A stretch of DNA of 64,000 nucleotides from an uncultured Acidobacteriota bacterium (lineage in GTDB: Bacteria > Acidobacteriota > Blastocatellia > RBC074): contig CAWCKY010000006.1 in NCBI GenBank assembly GCA_963796275.1, positions 896,001-960,000 on the forward strand, in the 5' to 3' direction. This document shows positions 42,653 to 52,422 of the stretch, in pieces. Position 1 is the stretch's first letter, and each line of letters opens with the position of its first letter. A program made the translations under genes and the position numbers. The notes under the pieces were generated by a model. That model made no database searches, was not told the DNA's origin, and was given only the letters and a program-made list of their open reading frames with translations.

Positions 42653-43005
42653 AATAGCTTTTAGTTTTCAGTTTTCAGTTTTCAGAACGGTAATCATTGG
42701 TGACTAAAAACTTAAAACTAAAGTGACTGCACAGTCTCTTCGCCGCGTTAGCGGCGGTTGATTGTAGCCGTGGGTTTTAACCCACGGTGGCCGTAGATTT
42801 TTTCACGTCGCGTCAGCGACGGTTGAATTCAGGCGTCGCTAAAGCGACGCGGGTATATCCTTCAAGCCTTCCGTGGGTTAAAACCCACGGCTACAATCAA
42901 CCGCCGCTAACGCGGCGAAAAGGCTGTGCATCCACTTTAGTTTTTGGTTTTTAGTCACCAATGATTACCGTTCTGAAAACTGAAAACTGAAAACTGAAAA
43001 CTATT
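42653..43005. repeat. 353-bp nested palindrome: heptamer arrays + unique arm + REPIN-like core
   Basis: Arms 42653-42787 and 42871-43005, each 135 bp, about 8 mismatches by manual alignment; contains GTAGCCGTGGGTTTTAACCCACGG and TTTTCAG arrays. Confidence 0.92.
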
Positions 43006-43009
43006 CTTC

Positions 43010-44371
43010 TCACTTCGATCCAATGCAGTAAAGATTCTTTTCGCCGCGCATGAATATCATCCCGTTGGATATAGCGGGCGAAGCGTAGACCGGCTCGCCG
43101 ACCGAATTGGTAGCGAGTACTTCGTGCTTCGGACCGGCTTTTATAACGTACGTATCGCCGTCTTCGCTCGTGAGCAATATTTTGCCGTCAAATGCTACCG
43201 GAGAAGCCGTAAAGGTGGCGGGTACCGGTATGCGGCCGCCTTCATAAACTATCTTGCCGGTCTTGGCGTCGAGACAGGTCAAGATGCCACGGTCCGTCAT
43301 AAGGTATATGTAGTCGCCGTACAAGATCGATGAAGGTACGTACGCGGTCCCTTTTTCGTACTGCCAGACGACGTTTGAGCTATTCGAAATGTCGCCCGTG
43401 CCGCCCAGCTTGATAGCCATCGCCTTCTTCGCAGGAAACCCCGCATAGACGAAGACCATGCCGTGACCGGCGAGAGGTGTCGGAATAGCATTACTGCCGT
43501 GTCCCTTCGCCTGCCACAATTCCTTTCCGGTTTTGGGATCGTACGAGATAACCAATTCATTGCCGCTCGTGATCAGCTCTACACGCTGAGAAGCCTTGAC
43601 TATCAGCGGCGTCGACCAGCTCGCCTGAACTTTGCGCGTGACTTTCCATACTTCTTTACCGTTCTTCTTATTCAGCGCAACTATGAATGACTTCTTTCCC
43701 TCATCCTCATCGCACTGCAGTATAACCAGGTTCTCGAAAATCAAAGGCGATGATCCCGGCCCCATTCCGACATTGGCGATCTTGCCGATCGGCGTCTTCC
43801 ATATCAACTTGCCGGTAAAATCGTAACAATACAATCCGTCGCCCTCGCCGCCGAACCAGGCATAAACGTAGGCGCCATCGGTCGCCGGCGTCGGGGCGGC
43901 ATAACTGCCTTTGCGATGGCGGTTATCGTAGACGGTCCCTTCATATGCCGTTTGGTCCCAAAGTACTTTGCCGGTTGCTCGATCGATGCAGAGCAGCTTG
44001 AATATGTGCTTACGATTTGCCCCGACGCTGTCGGGATGGACGAATACTTGTCCTCCGAGGTTGTGCTCGACGGCCTTGGCGCCGGCGGCAATTTCGCCTT
44101 CAACGTCGGTTGTGAGAAAAACTTTGTTCCCCCAGACAATCGGTGAAGAGTGGCCTTGACCCGGTATCGCCGTTCTCCATTTGATGTTCTTGCCGGCCTC
44201 CCATTCGATCGGGACATCAGTTTCGTTGGAAAGCCCAGTCCCTTCAGGGCCGCGCCATTGAGACCAGTTGGAGGTGTTGAGTGTGAAGCCTGAAGTCGTG
44301 AGTGTGAGCAGAGATATGGCCAGCAGGCAGACTGATAATAAGACCAGCCTCAATGCTGATATTCGCTTCAT
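43010..44371 (-). CDS. Exported PQQ-like (BamB-type) beta-propeller protein 1
   Basis: Signal peptide, NWSQWRGP, GHSSPIVW, A.PTPATDG, SWSTP, G..LW repeats, ASPA. Confidence 0.88.
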   Translation of the reverse strand: MKRISALRLVLLSVCLLAISLLTLTTSGFTLNTSNWSQWRGPEGTGLSNETDVPIEWEAGKNIKWRTAIPGQGHSSPIVWGNKVFLTTDVEGEIAAGAKAVEHNLGGQVFVHPDSVGANRKHIFKLLCIDRATGKVLWDQTAYEGTVYDNRHRKGSYAAPTPATDGAYVYAWFGGEGDGLYCYDFTGKLIWKTPIGKIANVGMGPGSSPLIFENLVILQCDEDEGKKSFIVALNKKNGKEVWKVTRKVQASWSTPLIVKASQRVELITSGNELVISYDPKTGKELWQAKGHGSNAIPTPLAGHGMVFVYAGFPAKKAMAIKLGGTGDISNSSNVVWQYEKGTAYVPSSILYGDYIYLMTDRGILTCLDAKTGKIVYEGGRIPVPATFTASPVAFDGKILLTSEDGDTYVIKAGPKHEVLATNSVGEPVYASPAISNGMIFMRGEKNLYCIGSK

Positions 44372-44566
44372 AATTAGGGTACTCCTGTTTTGATAATTCG
44401 CAGGATTAGATCACGGTCAGGTGATTTCTCGATTATTCCATCTAAAAGCACAAACAAAAAGAGCAAAAGAGGGAGAACAAAAAATTACCTTCTCAAATTT
44501 CGCGTCTAATATCTCGTCTTTACGGTATGAAACCTGAATGTGCCCTGAATATTTGATCGGCTTTCG

Positions 44567-45973
44567 CTATTTCTTCGAATTCTGCGCAGATTGTTCTGAA
44601 ATTCCGAACAGGTGATTTTGTCCGCGCACAATTATCATTCCACCTGAAATGGCGGGCGTGGCCATCAACACCTCACCCATCGGATTGGTTGAAAGCAGTT
44701 CGTATGTTGCACCGGCTTTGACGACAAAAATATCGCCGTCTTCACTCGCGAAGTAAATCTTGCCGCCTGAGGCGACCGGCGATGCGCTGTATGCCCCGCC
44801 TTTGCCGCCGATGCGTTCCTGATAGATTCGTTCGCCGGACTTAGCATTATATACAGTCATCACCCCACTATTTGAGCAGACGTAAAGATAGTCGCTATAA
44901 ATGACCGGCGTCGGCATATAGCTGCCTCCCCGCTGTACGCTCCAGGCTACCGATTCATTGGAGGTCTTTCCATCCTTTAGCGATATGTCGCCTGCGGCAG
45001 CGCCCTGCCTGATGGCATAGATGGGTTGATTAGGTCTGTAGCTGTTGCAGATGAAGATCAGGCCATGAGCCGCGACCGGCGTCGTCGCCGTAACTTCAGG
45101 ATTTCCGACGAGCTGCCACAACTCTTTACCGGTCATCGGATCGTAACCGCGTGCCGCTTTCGTGGCATTGGTCACGAGCTCGACCCGCTGTTTGCTTTCA
45201 ACTATTGTCGGTGAGCCCCACGATGGGATCTCTGCGCGGGGAGTGCGCCAAACCTGTTTGCCATCTTTCAGGTTATAAGCGGCGATGAATGAGCCCTTCT
45301 GAATGTCGCATTGCACGATGACCAGATCTTTATAGATGATCGGCGAACTGGCTGCCGCCCATTGATAATCGGGATCGAAGAACCATCCGGCATCGAGCAC
45401 TCCCAGGTCCTGCTTCCATTGCAAATTCCCTTTGAGATCGTAGCAGTAGAGACCTTCCGAGCCGAAGAATGCGACCACGTACCTTCCGTCGGTGGCAGGC
45501 GTAGAGTTGGCGAATGTAGATTTGATGTGGCGTTTGGTCTTCGGAACGCCTTCGATTGCGATGCGCTGCCAGTGGATTTTGCCCGTCTTTCGCTCAAGGC
45601 AATAGATTCTCCAGGAGTGCTTCGACATATCATCAGCGGTATCCACGTCGCCGTACAGGCCGTGGCGAAAATATGATTTGGGGTCGCTGCTGACTGCGGT
45701 GGTTATGAAAACTTTCTCCTCCCAGACGGCGGGGCTGGAGTGGGACAATCCCGGTATCCGCACCTTCCAAGCGATGTTGATATTCTTCTCAGCGTCCCAT
45801 TTCACGGGCGCCGGTTTATCGTCGGCGACTCCGGAAGCGTTATGACCCCGGAACGAAGGCCAATTTTGAGCGGAGACCGGCGCCGTGCAAATGGCGACCG
45901 GGAGCACAAGCGCAGTGATTATATGGCGAAGCAGATTTCTTTGGTGTATTAGCATACCTAGTATCTTCATCAT
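44567..45973 (-). CDS. Exported PQQ-like beta-propeller protein 2
   Basis: NWPSFRG, SHSSP, ANSTPATDG, ASSP, SWGSP, YMPTP, ATPAIS. Confidence 0.88.
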   Translation of the reverse strand: MMKILGMLIHQRNLLRHIITALVLPVAICTAPVSAQNWPSFRGHNASGVADDKPAPVKWDAEKNINIAWKVRIPGLSHSSPAVWEEKVFITTAVSSDPKSYFRHGLYGDVDTADDMSKHSWRIYCLERKTGKIHWQRIAIEGVPKTKRHIKSTFANSTPATDGRYVVAFFGSEGLYCYDLKGNLQWKQDLGVLDAGWFFDPDYQWAAASSPIIYKDLVIVQCDIQKGSFIAAYNLKDGKQVWRTPRAEIPSWGSPTIVESKQRVELVTNATKAARGYDPMTGKELWQLVGNPEVTATTPVAAHGLIFICNSYRPNQPIYAIRQGAAAGDISLKDGKTSNESVAWSVQRGGSYMPTPVIYSDYLYVCSNSGVMTVYNAKSGERIYQERIGGKGGAYSASPVASGGKIYFASEDGDIFVVKAGATYELLSTNPMGEVLMATPAISGGMIIVRGQNHLFGISEQSAQNSKK

Positions 45974-46016
45974 TCTTCAGTCAAAATTCTGTCAAGGTTG
46001 TAATTCGCGTACAATC

Positions 46017-46823
46017 TTATTTTGCTACCACTTTTTTCGTTTCAGTCAGTCCGTTTGGTCCTTTAATCGTTAATCCGACGACCTTGTCGGCTTCAAGTTT
46101 GAACACACAGGTGAAACTCGCGGCACCGTAAATCTCAAAGGTGTGCTTCTCCGATGGAACTAAAGTCAGCTCCTGCCCCACGGGCCCGCCGACCAGCTTC
46201 CCCTCTTTGATTTTGAAGGTGAATTCGACATTATCGTTTTGGTAGACGCCTTCGTATATTTTCAACGTCTCGGCGTCGATCTTATATTCGACTTTCGGTT
46301 TTGGCTTTGCGCCTGCATTTTTGAGCAGATCCGCAATTTCTTGATGTCCGTTTTTTTCGGCGGCCGTCAGATATGCTGTCAGATTCTCGGGAGTGAAGCC
46401 GCTCAATTCCAGGACGCTTTTGACCACGCTCTTCTTCCCCTGATTGACGGCGGAAGACATCACCAGTTCTTTGCTGCGAGCGCCTTTTTCGAGCAGAAGT
46501 TTGACGATCGGGCCATGATCTTTCATGACAGCCCAGGAGACCGGCGGCGAGTTATAAAATTTATCCATGATATTTATCTCGGCTCCGGCATCGAGGAGTA
46601 ATTGCACGACCTCGACATTGCCGCGGTCACAGGCGAAAAATAACGGCGTCGCGCCGTATTCTGTTTTCGTATTAACATCTGCGCCCTTCGCGAGAAGCGT
46701 CTTGACGGCTTCGACATTGCTTTTACGAGCAGCCAATATCAACTCTTCGTTGATGGTCTGCGCGTGGATGCCGAGCGGAGCCAGCTGAACTAAAAGCAAA
46801 ATGAGGATGCGTCGTATCTGCAT
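46017..46823 (-). CDS. Exported ankyrin-repeat protein with C-terminal DUF3471-like domain
   Basis: Signal peptide, LL.KGADVN, G.TPL..A, LL..GA repeats; C-terminal L..Y.G.Y beta domain. Confidence 0.8.
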   Translation of the reverse strand: MQIRRILILLLVQLAPLGIHAQTINEELILAARKSNVEAVKTLLAKGADVNTKTEYGATPLFFACDRGNVEVVQLLLDAGAEINIMDKFYNSPPVSWAVMKDHGPIVKLLLEKGARSKELVMSSAVNQGKKSVVKSVLELSGFTPENLTAYLTAAEKNGHQEIADLLKNAGAKPKPKVEYKIDAETLKIYEGVYQNDNVEFTFKIKEGKLVGGPVGQELTLVPSEKHTFEIYGAASFTCVFKLEADKVVGLTIKGPNGLTETKKVVAK

Positions 46824-46985
46824 TTCTTTACCCCACCTGAAAATTTTTCATGTTTCGAAATTGAACATGAAACCAGTATTTATCCAGATTTGTATTCCGG
46901 GTTCCAATTTAGCAAATTTCAGGAATCTAATCGGCTAGCTGCAAAAACGATATAAAATACAGGAAAGTTTCGGGAAACGCGCCCC

Positions 46986-47014
46986 TTGAACTGTCATCCA
47001 CATCAAACTATAGT
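46986..47014 (+). promoter_or_regulatory. Possible sigma70 promoter for the propeller/ADH operon
   Basis: TTGAAC-17 bp-TATAGT. Confidence 0.45.
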
Positions 47015-47252
47015 TTTACTTTCTTCATATCGGTTTAGGAGTCAACATAACGATCTCGCAGAACTATAAGTAGATGGACGGGACTTTCAGGATTTGTCAG
47101 AGTTTCGGGACTCGGTGTAATCTTGAAAAATCCTGCTAGTTATGTCTATTTTCACAAGAGAAAAACGCGCAACCCGAAAACGCGCAACTGAGTATATAGA
47201 ATTAGTGCTTATGAATGAAAGAATTTTATCGACTCGCGTTGGGAATCAGACT

Positions 47253-49541
47253 ATGAAAGTATCAATCAAAAATGTATTCCTCTTATCCCTAACCCTGAGT
47301 ATGGTTTTTTTCGCGGCTCCGACCGGAATGGCACAATCGCCCGCGCGCGCTAAAAGCGGCAGCGATTGGGCCGATTCGCGCGGTCCGGCGCGCGACGGCA
47401 TCTCGCTCGAAAAAAATCTGCCCGAGAAGTGGTCACGCCAGGGCGAGAACCTATTGTGGAAGGCTCCATACGGCGGGCGCTCCGCACCCATCGTCATGAA
47501 CGGGCGGGTATTCATGTTCAATTCCGCCGGAACCGGCGAAACGATGCAGGAGCGCGTCCTCTGTTTCGATGCCGAGACGGGCAAGAAGCTCTGGGAATAT
47601 CGCTTCAACGTCTATTCGACCGACGTGCCCCCGCGCCGCATCGCCTGGTCTTCACCCGTGGGCGATCCCACGACGGGCAACGTATACGCGTTCGGCGCGA
47701 CTGCCGAACTGGTGGCGCTCTCGAATGACGGCAAACCGCTCTGGTCGCGCTCGTTGACCGATGAATACGGATCCTGGACGACGCACGGCGGGAGAACCGT
47801 ATCACCGATCATCGAAGGAGATCTGGTCATCGTCAGTACGGTGACCGACGGCTTCAGCGACATCGCGTCGCGGCGACACAGATACTATGCCTTCGATAAA
47901 CGCACCGGCGAATGCGCCTGGATCAGCACGCCGGGCGGTCGGCCCTTCGACACGACCTATTCGACACCGGTCGTTGCCACTACCGGTGGCACACGACTGC
48001 TGATCGCCGGCGGCGGCGACGGTTCGGCCTCGGCGATGAAGGTCAGCACCGGCGAACCGATCTGGAACTTTCCGATGTCGAAACGCGGCATCAATCCCGG
48101 GGTCGTAGTGAAAGACGGCATCGCCTACATCACGCATCAGGAAGAGAACCTGGACACGAGTGAGATGGGACAGCTGGCGGCGATCGATATAACGGCGAAA
48201 GGCCCGATCAACAAAACATCGAACAAAGACAAAATCAAATATGCATTAACGAATTACCAGCTCGGCCCGTCATCCCCCGTCATAGTGGGCAATACGCTTT
48301 ACGCCGTGACGGCGGAATCCAGTCTCCATGCTTTCAATACCGCCGACGGGAAACTTATTTGGGAGCACAAACTGGGCACGATTCAGAAGGCCTCGCCGGT
48401 TTACGCTGACGGCAAAATCTACGTCGGGACTGAAAACGGTAAGTTTTACATACTGAAGCCGGGTCCGACCGGCTGTCAGGTTCTGGATGAAGAAGAACTG
48501 GAGTCAGTGGATAAGGTCGATCTCAAGACGGCTGAAGGCGATGAGATGATCGCATCGAATGAGCAGATCATCGCCGCGGTGGCCGTTTCGCGCGGCCGCA
48601 TCTACCTGGTCTCGACCAAGAATATCTATGCCATCGGCAAGAAGCAGAGTCCGGCCTTGCCGCCTGTGCTTGAGCAAGTGGATAAAGCGCCCGCTGGCGC
48701 CGCCGTGGCACACGTCCAGATCTTTCCCGCCGAACTGGTGATGAAGCCCGGCGAGACGAAGAGTTTCAAGATTCGATTGTTCGACGATCATGGCCGATTC
48801 ATCCGCGAAGAATCGAACGCACAATGGTCGCTCGACGGATTGACGGGAGAAGTCGCGGGTAGCAAATTCACGGCCGCGAGCGACAGCGGACCGCGCGGCG
48901 GACAATTGAAAGCTACGGTAGGCGACGTCACCGGCATTTCGAGGATCAGGGTCATTCCCGCCTTCCCGTTCTCGGAAGATTTCACCAATGTGCCGGTTGA
49001 CAAGGCTCCATCCTATTGGCTCAACACTGACGGCACGCCGATCAAATACAGCGTGCGCGAAATGGATGGCAACAAAGTTCTGGTCAAGAAGCCCGACAAC
49101 GGCATTTTCAAGCGTACACGCTCGCCTCTGAGCGCTGGCAGCGTGTCGGACTACACGATTGAAGCCGATGTGCGCGCCGTCGAGAAGCGCCGCCAGATGG
49201 GTGACGCGGGCGTCGTCGCTCAACGTTACGAATTGGTCCTTTTCGGCAATATACAGAAGATCGAATTGCGCTCGTGGCAGATCGAAGAGGCGCGCACATT
49301 CAGCAAACCGTTCGCGTGGAAAGCCGATACCTGGTACCGGTTGAAGCTTCAGGTCGAGAGTCTGCCAGGCGGCAAGACCCGGGCCCGGGGCAAGGCCTGG
49401 CCGGTGAGCGAAACCGAGCCGTCCGATTGGCTGATAGAATGGACCGATCCGATCGGGAATCGTGTCGGAAGCGCAGGTGTCTTCGCTGACAGCGCAAATG
49501 AACTCTATATTGATAACATCAAGGTGACGCCTAATAAATAA
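47253..49541 (+). CDS. Exported PQQ-like beta-propeller protein 3 with C-terminal Ig-like and ConA/lectin-like domains
   Basis: Signal peptide from Met 47253, DWADSRGP.RDG, propeller repeats, then V.I.P.E..MKPG Ig-like segment and DY.IEADV...WY.LKL.V...GK.W beta-sandwich. Confidence 0.82.
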   Translation: MKVSIKNVFLLSLTLSMVFFAAPTGMAQSPARAKSGSDWADSRGPARDGISLEKNLPEKWSRQGENLLWKAPYGGRSAPIVMNGRVFMFNSAGTGETMQERVLCFDAETGKKLWEYRFNVYSTDVPPRRIAWSSPVGDPTTGNVYAFGATAELVALSNDGKPLWSRSLTDEYGSWTTHGGRTVSPIIEGDLVIVSTVTDGFSDIASRRHRYYAFDKRTGECAWISTPGGRPFDTTYSTPVVATTGGTRLLIAGGGDGSASAMKVSTGEPIWNFPMSKRGINPGVVVKDGIAYITHQEENLDTSEMGQLAAIDITAKGPINKTSNKDKIKYALTNYQLGPSSPVIVGNTLYAVTAESSLHAFNTADGKLIWEHKLGTIQKASPVYADGKIYVGTENGKFYILKPGPTGCQVLDEEELESVDKVDLKTAEGDEMIASNEQIIAAVAVSRGRIYLVSTKNIYAIGKKQSPALPPVLEQVDKAPAGAAVAHVQIFPAELVMKPGETKSFKIRLFDDHGRFIREESNAQWSLDGLTGEVAGSKFTAASDSGPRGGQLKATVGDVTGISRIRVIPAFPFSEDFTNVPVDKAPSYWLNTDGTPIKYSVREMDGNKVLVKKPDNGIFKRTRSPLSAGSVSDYTIEADVRAVEKRRQMGDAGVVAQRYELVLFGNIQKIELRSWQIEEARTFSKPFAWKADTWYRLKLQVESLPGGKTRARGKAWPVSETEPSDWLIEWTDPIGNRVGSAGVFADSANELYIDNIKVTPNK

Positions 49542-49554
49542 TCCTGAATTCATA

Positions 49555-49618
49555 GTTATCATTTATCAGTTTTCGATTGAGACGTCTTACTGAAAACTGA
49601 AAATTGAAAACTGTTTTC
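49555..49618. repeat. Degenerate inverted CTGAAAA heptamer element
   Basis: TCAGTTTTC ... CTGAAAACTGAAAATTGAAAACTG. Confidence 0.65.
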
Positions 49619-49630
49619 TGAGGGAGTCAA

Positions 49631-51112
49631 ATGATCAAGTTAAAACACGCAATTTTATTGTTACTCGGAACCATCCTACTGACCGTCTATTTCTGCGTGC
49701 CGTCGAGTAAATTCGCCGCTGCCGATACCAGCAGCAGTGATTGGCCGATGTGGGGCGGGACGCCGGACCGCAACATGGTTTCACAAATTAAGGGGCTTCC
49801 GGCGACCTGGGATGTTGCAAAAAAGACCAACATCAAATGGGTGGCGTCGCTCGGCTCCCAAAGCTACGGCAACCCGGTCGTCTCCGGCGGCTATGTCTTT
49901 CTCGGGACTAACAATGAAGGGCTGCGCGACCCGAAGCAGGCAGGCGACCGCGGCGTGCTGATGTGCTTCCGTGAATCCGACGGTGAATTTATGTGGCAGA
50001 TCACGCATGAAAAAATGGCATCCGGAAGGGTTAACGATTGGCCTTTTCAGGGAGTAGCTTCATCACCGGCCGTCGAGGGCGATAAAATCTATTATGTCTC
50101 GAACCGCGCCGAACTGGTCTGCGCTGATACCCAGGGGTTCAACGACGACGAGAACGATGGGCCGTTCAAAGAAGAGAAAGTCACCGGCAAAAAAGACGGC
50201 GATATCGTCTGGAAGTTCGATATGGTCGAAGAGGTCGGCTCGCATCCGCACAACCTGGCGAACAGTTCGCCCGTTATATACGGCGATCTGATCTTCGTAA
50301 GCACATCTAACGGTCAGGATGAGAGCCACGTCAATGTCCCCTCGCCAAAGGCTCCCTCGATTGTTGCGGTTAACAAGAAGACCGGCAAGCTCGCCTGGGA
50401 GGCAAACAACGTCGGAGATAAAATATTGCACGGACAGTGGTCATCCGCCGCTGTCGGTAAGATCGGCGATGTCGTTCAGGTAGTCATCGGAGAAGGCGAT
50501 GGGAAGGTGCGCGGATACGAAGCCGCAACCGGCAAATTGCTTTGGGAGTTCGATACCAATCCGAAGGAGTCCACCTGGCCGAAGACCCGCAATGAGATCA
50601 TCGCCACACCGGTCATCTTTGACAATAAGGTCTACCTGGCCAACGGGCAGGACCCCGAGCACGGCGAGGGCGTAGGTCATCTATACTGCATCGATGGGAC
50701 GAAACGCGGTGACATCACGAAAGATGGTCTGGTCTGGCACTTCGATAAGATCCGCCGCTCGATCTCGACCGGTGCGCTGCACGATGGCTTGCTCTATTAT
50801 CCGGACTTCAGCGGCTTCCTACATTGCATCGATGCGAAGACCGGCACGGAGCTGTGGCAGCACGATATGTTTGCCGCGATCTGGGGATCGCCGCTCGTGG
50901 CCGATGGCAAAGTTTATCTCGGCGATGAGGATGGCGATGTCGTCATCATGCAGGCCGGCAGAGAGAAGAAGTTGCTGGCCGAAATAAATATGGGCAGCTC
51001 AGTCTACTCGACCCCGGTCCCGGCGAATGGGACGCTCTTCATTATGAACCGCAACCAGCTCTTTGCGGTGGCGGGTAAGGCGTCACCGGCCGAGAAAGCA
51101 TCAAATAAATAA
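49631..51112 (+). CDS. Exported PQQ-like beta-propeller protein 4
   Basis: Signal peptide, DWPMWGGT..RN, LGSQSYGNPVV, GTNN, HGQWSS, GQDPEHGEG.G; acidic insert GFNDDENDGP. Confidence 0.88.
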   Translation: MIKLKHAILLLLGTILLTVYFCVPSSKFAAADTSSSDWPMWGGTPDRNMVSQIKGLPATWDVAKKTNIKWVASLGSQSYGNPVVSGGYVFLGTNNEGLRDPKQAGDRGVLMCFRESDGEFMWQITHEKMASGRVNDWPFQGVASSPAVEGDKIYYVSNRAELVCADTQGFNDDENDGPFKEEKVTGKKDGDIVWKFDMVEEVGSHPHNLANSSPVIYGDLIFVSTSNGQDESHVNVPSPKAPSIVAVNKKTGKLAWEANNVGDKILHGQWSSAAVGKIGDVVQVVIGEGDGKVRGYEAATGKLLWEFDTNPKESTWPKTRNEIIATPVIFDNKVYLANGQDPEHGEGVGHLYCIDGTKRGDITKDGLVWHFDKIRRSISTGALHDGLLYYPDFSGFLHCIDAKTGTELWQHDMFAAIWGSPLVADGKVYLGDEDGDVVIMQAGREKKLLAEINMGSSVYSTPVPANGTLFIMNRNQLFAVAGKASPAEKASNK

Positions 51113-51252
51113 TTGATAGTTGATAGTTAATTGATAATTGATAATGGTGTCGGCTACCGATAACCCAATATTGAATGCTATTTCATCAAACACCCATTAT
51201 CATTTATCAATTAACTCCCGACTCTTAACTATCAACTATCAACTATCAATTT
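51110..51252. repeat. Inverted heptamer arrays (TTGATAG/TTGATAA and AACTATC)
   Basis: AATTGATAGTTGATAGTTAATTGATAATTGATAATGG ... CCATTATCATTTATCAATTAACT ... AACTATCAACTATCAACTATCAATT. Confidence 0.85.
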
Positions 51253-51285
51253 TCTTCGTCTCCACCCGACCGAACCCCGCAATAG

Positions 51286-52422
51286 ATGCAGTTTTTCGAT
51301 TTTTATCCTCGCACACGAGTTACCTTTGGCGCCGGCGTATTCGAGCGTCTGGGCGAATTTGCAGGGGGACTCGGATTTCGTCGTACACTGCTGGTCGCGG
51401 ATACCGGCATGGTCGGCGCCGGTTACGTTGCAGAGGCCGCGAAGCTGCTCGCGCAGGCCGGCATAGAGGTAATAACCTTTCACGAATTCGCCGAAAATCC
51501 CGACAGCGCGATGGTCGAGGCCGGCCGCGCGTTCGCCGCGACCGCGAACATCGATTCGATCATCGGGCTTGGCGGCGGCAGTTCGTTGGATTGCGCCAAA
51601 GGGATCAATTTCGTGCTGACCGGCGGTGGGACGATGCGCGATTATTGGGGGTACGGCAAAGCGTCCCGCCCGATGCTTCCGATGATCGGTATTCCGACAA
51701 CGGCAGGTACCGGCAGCGAAGCGCAATGCTACGCGCTGATCAGCGATGCCCAGACTCACGTGAAGATGGCGTGCGGAGATGCGAAAGCCGCATTCACGAT
51801 CGCCATTCTCGATCCGCGATTGACCGTGACTCAGCCGGCAAGCCTGACGGCGACCGCGGGGTACGATGCCATTTCGCACGCGGTCGAATCATATGTGACG
51901 ACTAAACGTAGCCCGGTCTCAGCGATGTACGCGCAGGAAGCGTGGCGGCTTCTCGAAGCGAATTACGAGCGCGTCCTGGCCGATCCTGAAGATATCGAAG
52001 CTCGTGGAGCAATGCAGATCGGAGCTTATTATGCGGGAGTCGCCATTGAAAATTCGATGCTCGGCGCGACGCACGCATGCGCAAATCCATTGACCAAAAA
52101 TTACGGCACTTCGCACGGAGTGGCGATCGCCGTTATGCTGCCACACGTCGTGAGATGGAACTCGACCGACGTCGCCGATGATTACCGGCTATTGATGCGA
52201 ATCTCTTCGCGTAACGGCCGCGATCACGGAGAGGACCTCGCTCGTCGATTGGACGAGCTTCGCAGGGCCGGCGGGTTGCCGGAGAGTCTGAGCGCGATCG
52301 GTGTGCGGGGAGAGGAAATACCGATGCTGGCGGAGGAGGCGGCAGAACAATGGACGGGCAAGTTCAACCCGCGAAACTGGAACGTTGAAGCAGCGAAGGA
52401 GGTTTATAAATTAGCGATATGA
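51286..52422 (+). CDS. Iron-containing (family III) alcohol dehydrogenase
   Basis: GGGSSLD, PTTAGTGSE, DAISHAVE, HACANPL, HG.A; no signal peptide. Confidence 0.92.
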   Translation: MQFFDFYPRTRVTFGAGVFERLGEFAGGLGFRRTLLVADTGMVGAGYVAEAAKLLAQAGIEVITFHEFAENPDSAMVEAGRAFAATANIDSIIGLGGGSSLDCAKGINFVLTGGGTMRDYWGYGKASRPMLPMIGIPTTAGTGSEAQCYALISDAQTHVKMACGDAKAAFTIAILDPRLTVTQPASLTATAGYDAISHAVESYVTTKRSPVSAMYAQEAWRLLEANYERVLADPEDIEARGAMQIGAYYAGVAIENSMLGATHACANPLTKNYGTSHGVAIAVMLPHVVRWNSTDVADDYRLLMRISSRNGRDHGEDLARRLDELRRAGGLPESLSAIGVRGEEIPMLAEEAAEQWTGKFNPRNWNVEAAKEVYKLAI

